DNA of 64,000 nucleotides from a virus (Duplodnaviria; Heunggongvirae; Uroviricota; Caudoviricetes): IMG/VR virus record IMGVR_UViG_3300042691_028414; one strand, 5' to 3'. Shown piece by piece: positions 62,445 to 64,000 of this stretch (position 1 is its first letter; each line of letters starts with the position of its first letter). The notes under the pieces were generated by a model. It saw only the letters and a program-made list of their open reading frames with translations, ran no database searches and was not told where the DNA came from. The position numbers and the translations under genes were made by a program.

Positions 62445-63995
62445 TTAGAAATCTAACTTAACTACGAACTGTTGGATACCTTGTCTTAGAACTGGTGATT
62501 GTAGTTTGGACATTACTAATATATCTTTATTTCTATCCAATAATGCAATCTCAGTAATATATGATTTAGTTCCTTGAGTCCAAGTAGGATTTGATGTGTT
62601 TAAGAATTCAGCATTACTCAAATTAATCTTATATTTCATTTCATATATTGTTGCTTGGATATCTGTTTCCAAACCACCATAAAAATAAAATTCATCACCA
62701 AAATTTAATGTTTCACCTGTGGATCCTAATGTAGTTAAGGATATGTAATTATTTAAATTATAATATGGTGCTGCGTTGTATAATTCAGGTGTAATTACGA
62801 ATGTCGTGCCTGTAATACCATCTTGAGTTAAATATCCATTAATTGTTGACGCACTAATAACATCGGTATAATCAATTATTCTCCATTGAGTTGAGTCAGG
62901 TCTATTTCCTGTTATAACTTTTTGACACAGAATTTCAAAATTAGTACCAAAATATCCTTGAGGTAAGTAGTTACAAGAAGTAATACAAGGTGTTCCAGCA
63001 CTGTATGAAGGTTGTACCATACATCCGAATTCCGCACCAAATCTTAATGCAACATTTTTAGATGTGTCAGGATTACAATCATTATTATTACCGATTACTT
63101 TTGAGTAATAATTACAATGTAGTGAATCTGTAAAACCAGTTTGATTTGTGAATCTATAAGTCACATACATAGTTTCGTTATTTCCTGTTAAGATACCATC
63201 TACCGTTGTTGTTGGTGTTCCACAAGTATTTGGGGTTACTAAGGAAACTTGAGGTGCTGGTAAAGTCCAGTTTCTATTTGACTTATATGACATCGCCGCA
63301 ATTATTTCCTCATCATCAATAATAACTATCTTACTATCAGGGAATACTTTACCAATTCTACTTGGGTATCCATCAGCATTTGCGTGAGTATCCCAAAGAT
63401 GATAATATCTAATACCAGGTTGATTCATCCCTGAATTTTTATTTGATTGTATGTATTGGACATCAAATAGATTTTTATCTTCAAACCCCGCAGGATCAAC
63501 CCAAAATGTTTCTCCCGAACAACACGCAGGATTTTTATGCCACATCAACCAAGGTAGATGTAATTTAAAGTTTCTTGCTTGTCCTGTTGTATCATCAGGA
63601 TTTGCGGAATCATATGGTTCTAGCGCAAATTTCTCTCCATAGAAGAAGTCAATGGTTTGATTTGTATAATGTATTATTGCAATTGCTTTTTGTTCTTCAG
63701 GTTGTACCGTAATCTTTTCATCAAATGAATTGTAGTAATATACCGAACTAGTGTCTTTTTGTCCCAAACTTGATGCGTATCCAAAATATTCTTTTGTCCC
63801 AAGATAATCTATTGATCCAAAATATTCATATCCCTCATATGTTGCAGGATATAAACCTGCAGGATTTTCACTCCAAGGAATATTCATGTTCCATATTTTA
63901 ACATCAAACTCATCAATATCACAAACAGTTTCAAAATTAATAACATCACTACTCCAATGAGGTGCCGGTGTTATACTATCATAAAGTGTTGTCAT
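62445..63995 (-). CDS. structural-type protein (possible tail fiber or adhesin)
   Basis: 516 aa, rich in Gly, Tyr, Thr, Ser and Asn, with no enzymatic motifs. Confidence 0.45.
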   Translation of the reverse strand: MTTLYDSITPAPHWSSDVINFETVCDIDEFDVKIWNMNIPWSENPAGLYPATYEGYEYFGSIDYLGTKEYFGYASSLGQKDTSSVYYYNSFDEKITVQPEEQKAIAIIHYTNQTIDFFYGEKFALEPYDSANPDDTTGQARNFKLHLPWLMWHKNPACCSGETFWVDPAGFEDKNLFDVQYIQSNKNSGMNQPGIRYYHLWDTHANADGYPSRIGKVFPDSKIVIIDDEEIIAAMSYKSNRNWTLPAPQVSLVTPNTCGTPTTTVDGILTGNNETMYVTYRFTNQTGFTDSLHCNYYSKVIGNNNDCNPDTSKNVALRFGAEFGCMVQPSYSAGTPCITSCNYLPQGYFGTNFEILCQKVITGNRPDSTQWRIIDYTDVISASTINGYLTQDGITGTTFVITPELYNAAPYYNLNNYISLTTLGSTGETLNFGDEFYFYGGLETDIQATIYEMKYKINLSNAEFLNTSNPTWTQGTKSYITEIALLDRNKDILVMSKLQSPVLRQGIQQFVVKLDF

Positions 63996-64000
63996 ATTTG

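Noticed and set aside
1-64000. tRNA genes, an integrase/att site, or transposase-like mobile elements.
   Set aside because: No GTTCGA/T-loop-like cloverleaf candidates in the few non-coding stretches (7846-8022, 15131-15236, 29973-30070, 32408-32500). No tyrosine or serine recombinase motifs among the ORFs.

Overview
This 64 kb window is AT-rich (roughly 30% GC), densely coding, and reads as part of a large tailed dsDNA bacteriophage genome. Nearly all genes are on the minus strand, many with 1-4 nt overlaps between adjacent genes. Short plus-strand islands sit at about 13.4-14.2, 19.2-19.8, 22.9-23.2, 24.7-25.6, 32.5-34.5, 39.4-40.3, 41.3-41.9 and 60.4-61.7 kb. Most genes are bounded by GC-rich hairpin terminators.

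Sequence motifs support the following products:
- A T4-like replication and recombination core: a gp46/Rad50-like ATPase next to a gp47/Mre11-like phosphoesterase, a gp61-like zinc-finger/Toprim primase, a RuvC-like resolvase, a PD-(D/E)XK nuclease, and an Rnl2-like RNA ligase with KIHGTN, EGIVVK and KVAK motifs.
- A complete sigma-70 family factor and a DnaJ chaperone.
- A thioredoxin and a glutaredoxin-like protein.
- A type-II-like glutamine synthetase.
- Three DNA methyltransferases: two beta-class SPPY enzymes and one Dam-like enzyme.
- Nudix, DHH-DHHA1, two metallophosphatases, and three HAD-like hydrolases.
- A signal-peptide DRGH-type non-specific nuclease.
- An SPFH/band-7 membrane protein.
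- Peptidoglycan hydrolases: lytic transglycosylase, amidase_2-like, and RlpA-like DPBB.

Organisation-level signals:
- A Bacteroidetes-type TAnnTTTG element sits exactly 4 nt upstream of many start codons, implying near-leaderless transcripts. A second motif, TATATTTAT, recurs upstream of other genes. Both suggest a Bacteroidetes/Flavobacteriia host.
- A family of at least 10 paralogous genes scattered through the window shares a roughly 22-residue N-terminal leader (MKKVIRLTESDLTRIVKRVI-N/K/T-E and variants). Each leader ends in an (L/I)-x-E motif, the cleavage signature of T4-type prohead proteases. Their cargo domains differ: an HExxH metallopeptidase, a leucine-rich-repeat protein, a hyper-acidic 500-aa protein, and a tandem triplet of small basic proteins. 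I read this as a candidate, undescribed capsid-targeted ejected-protein arsenal.

I found no tRNA genes, CRISPR arrays or integrase/transposase genes.
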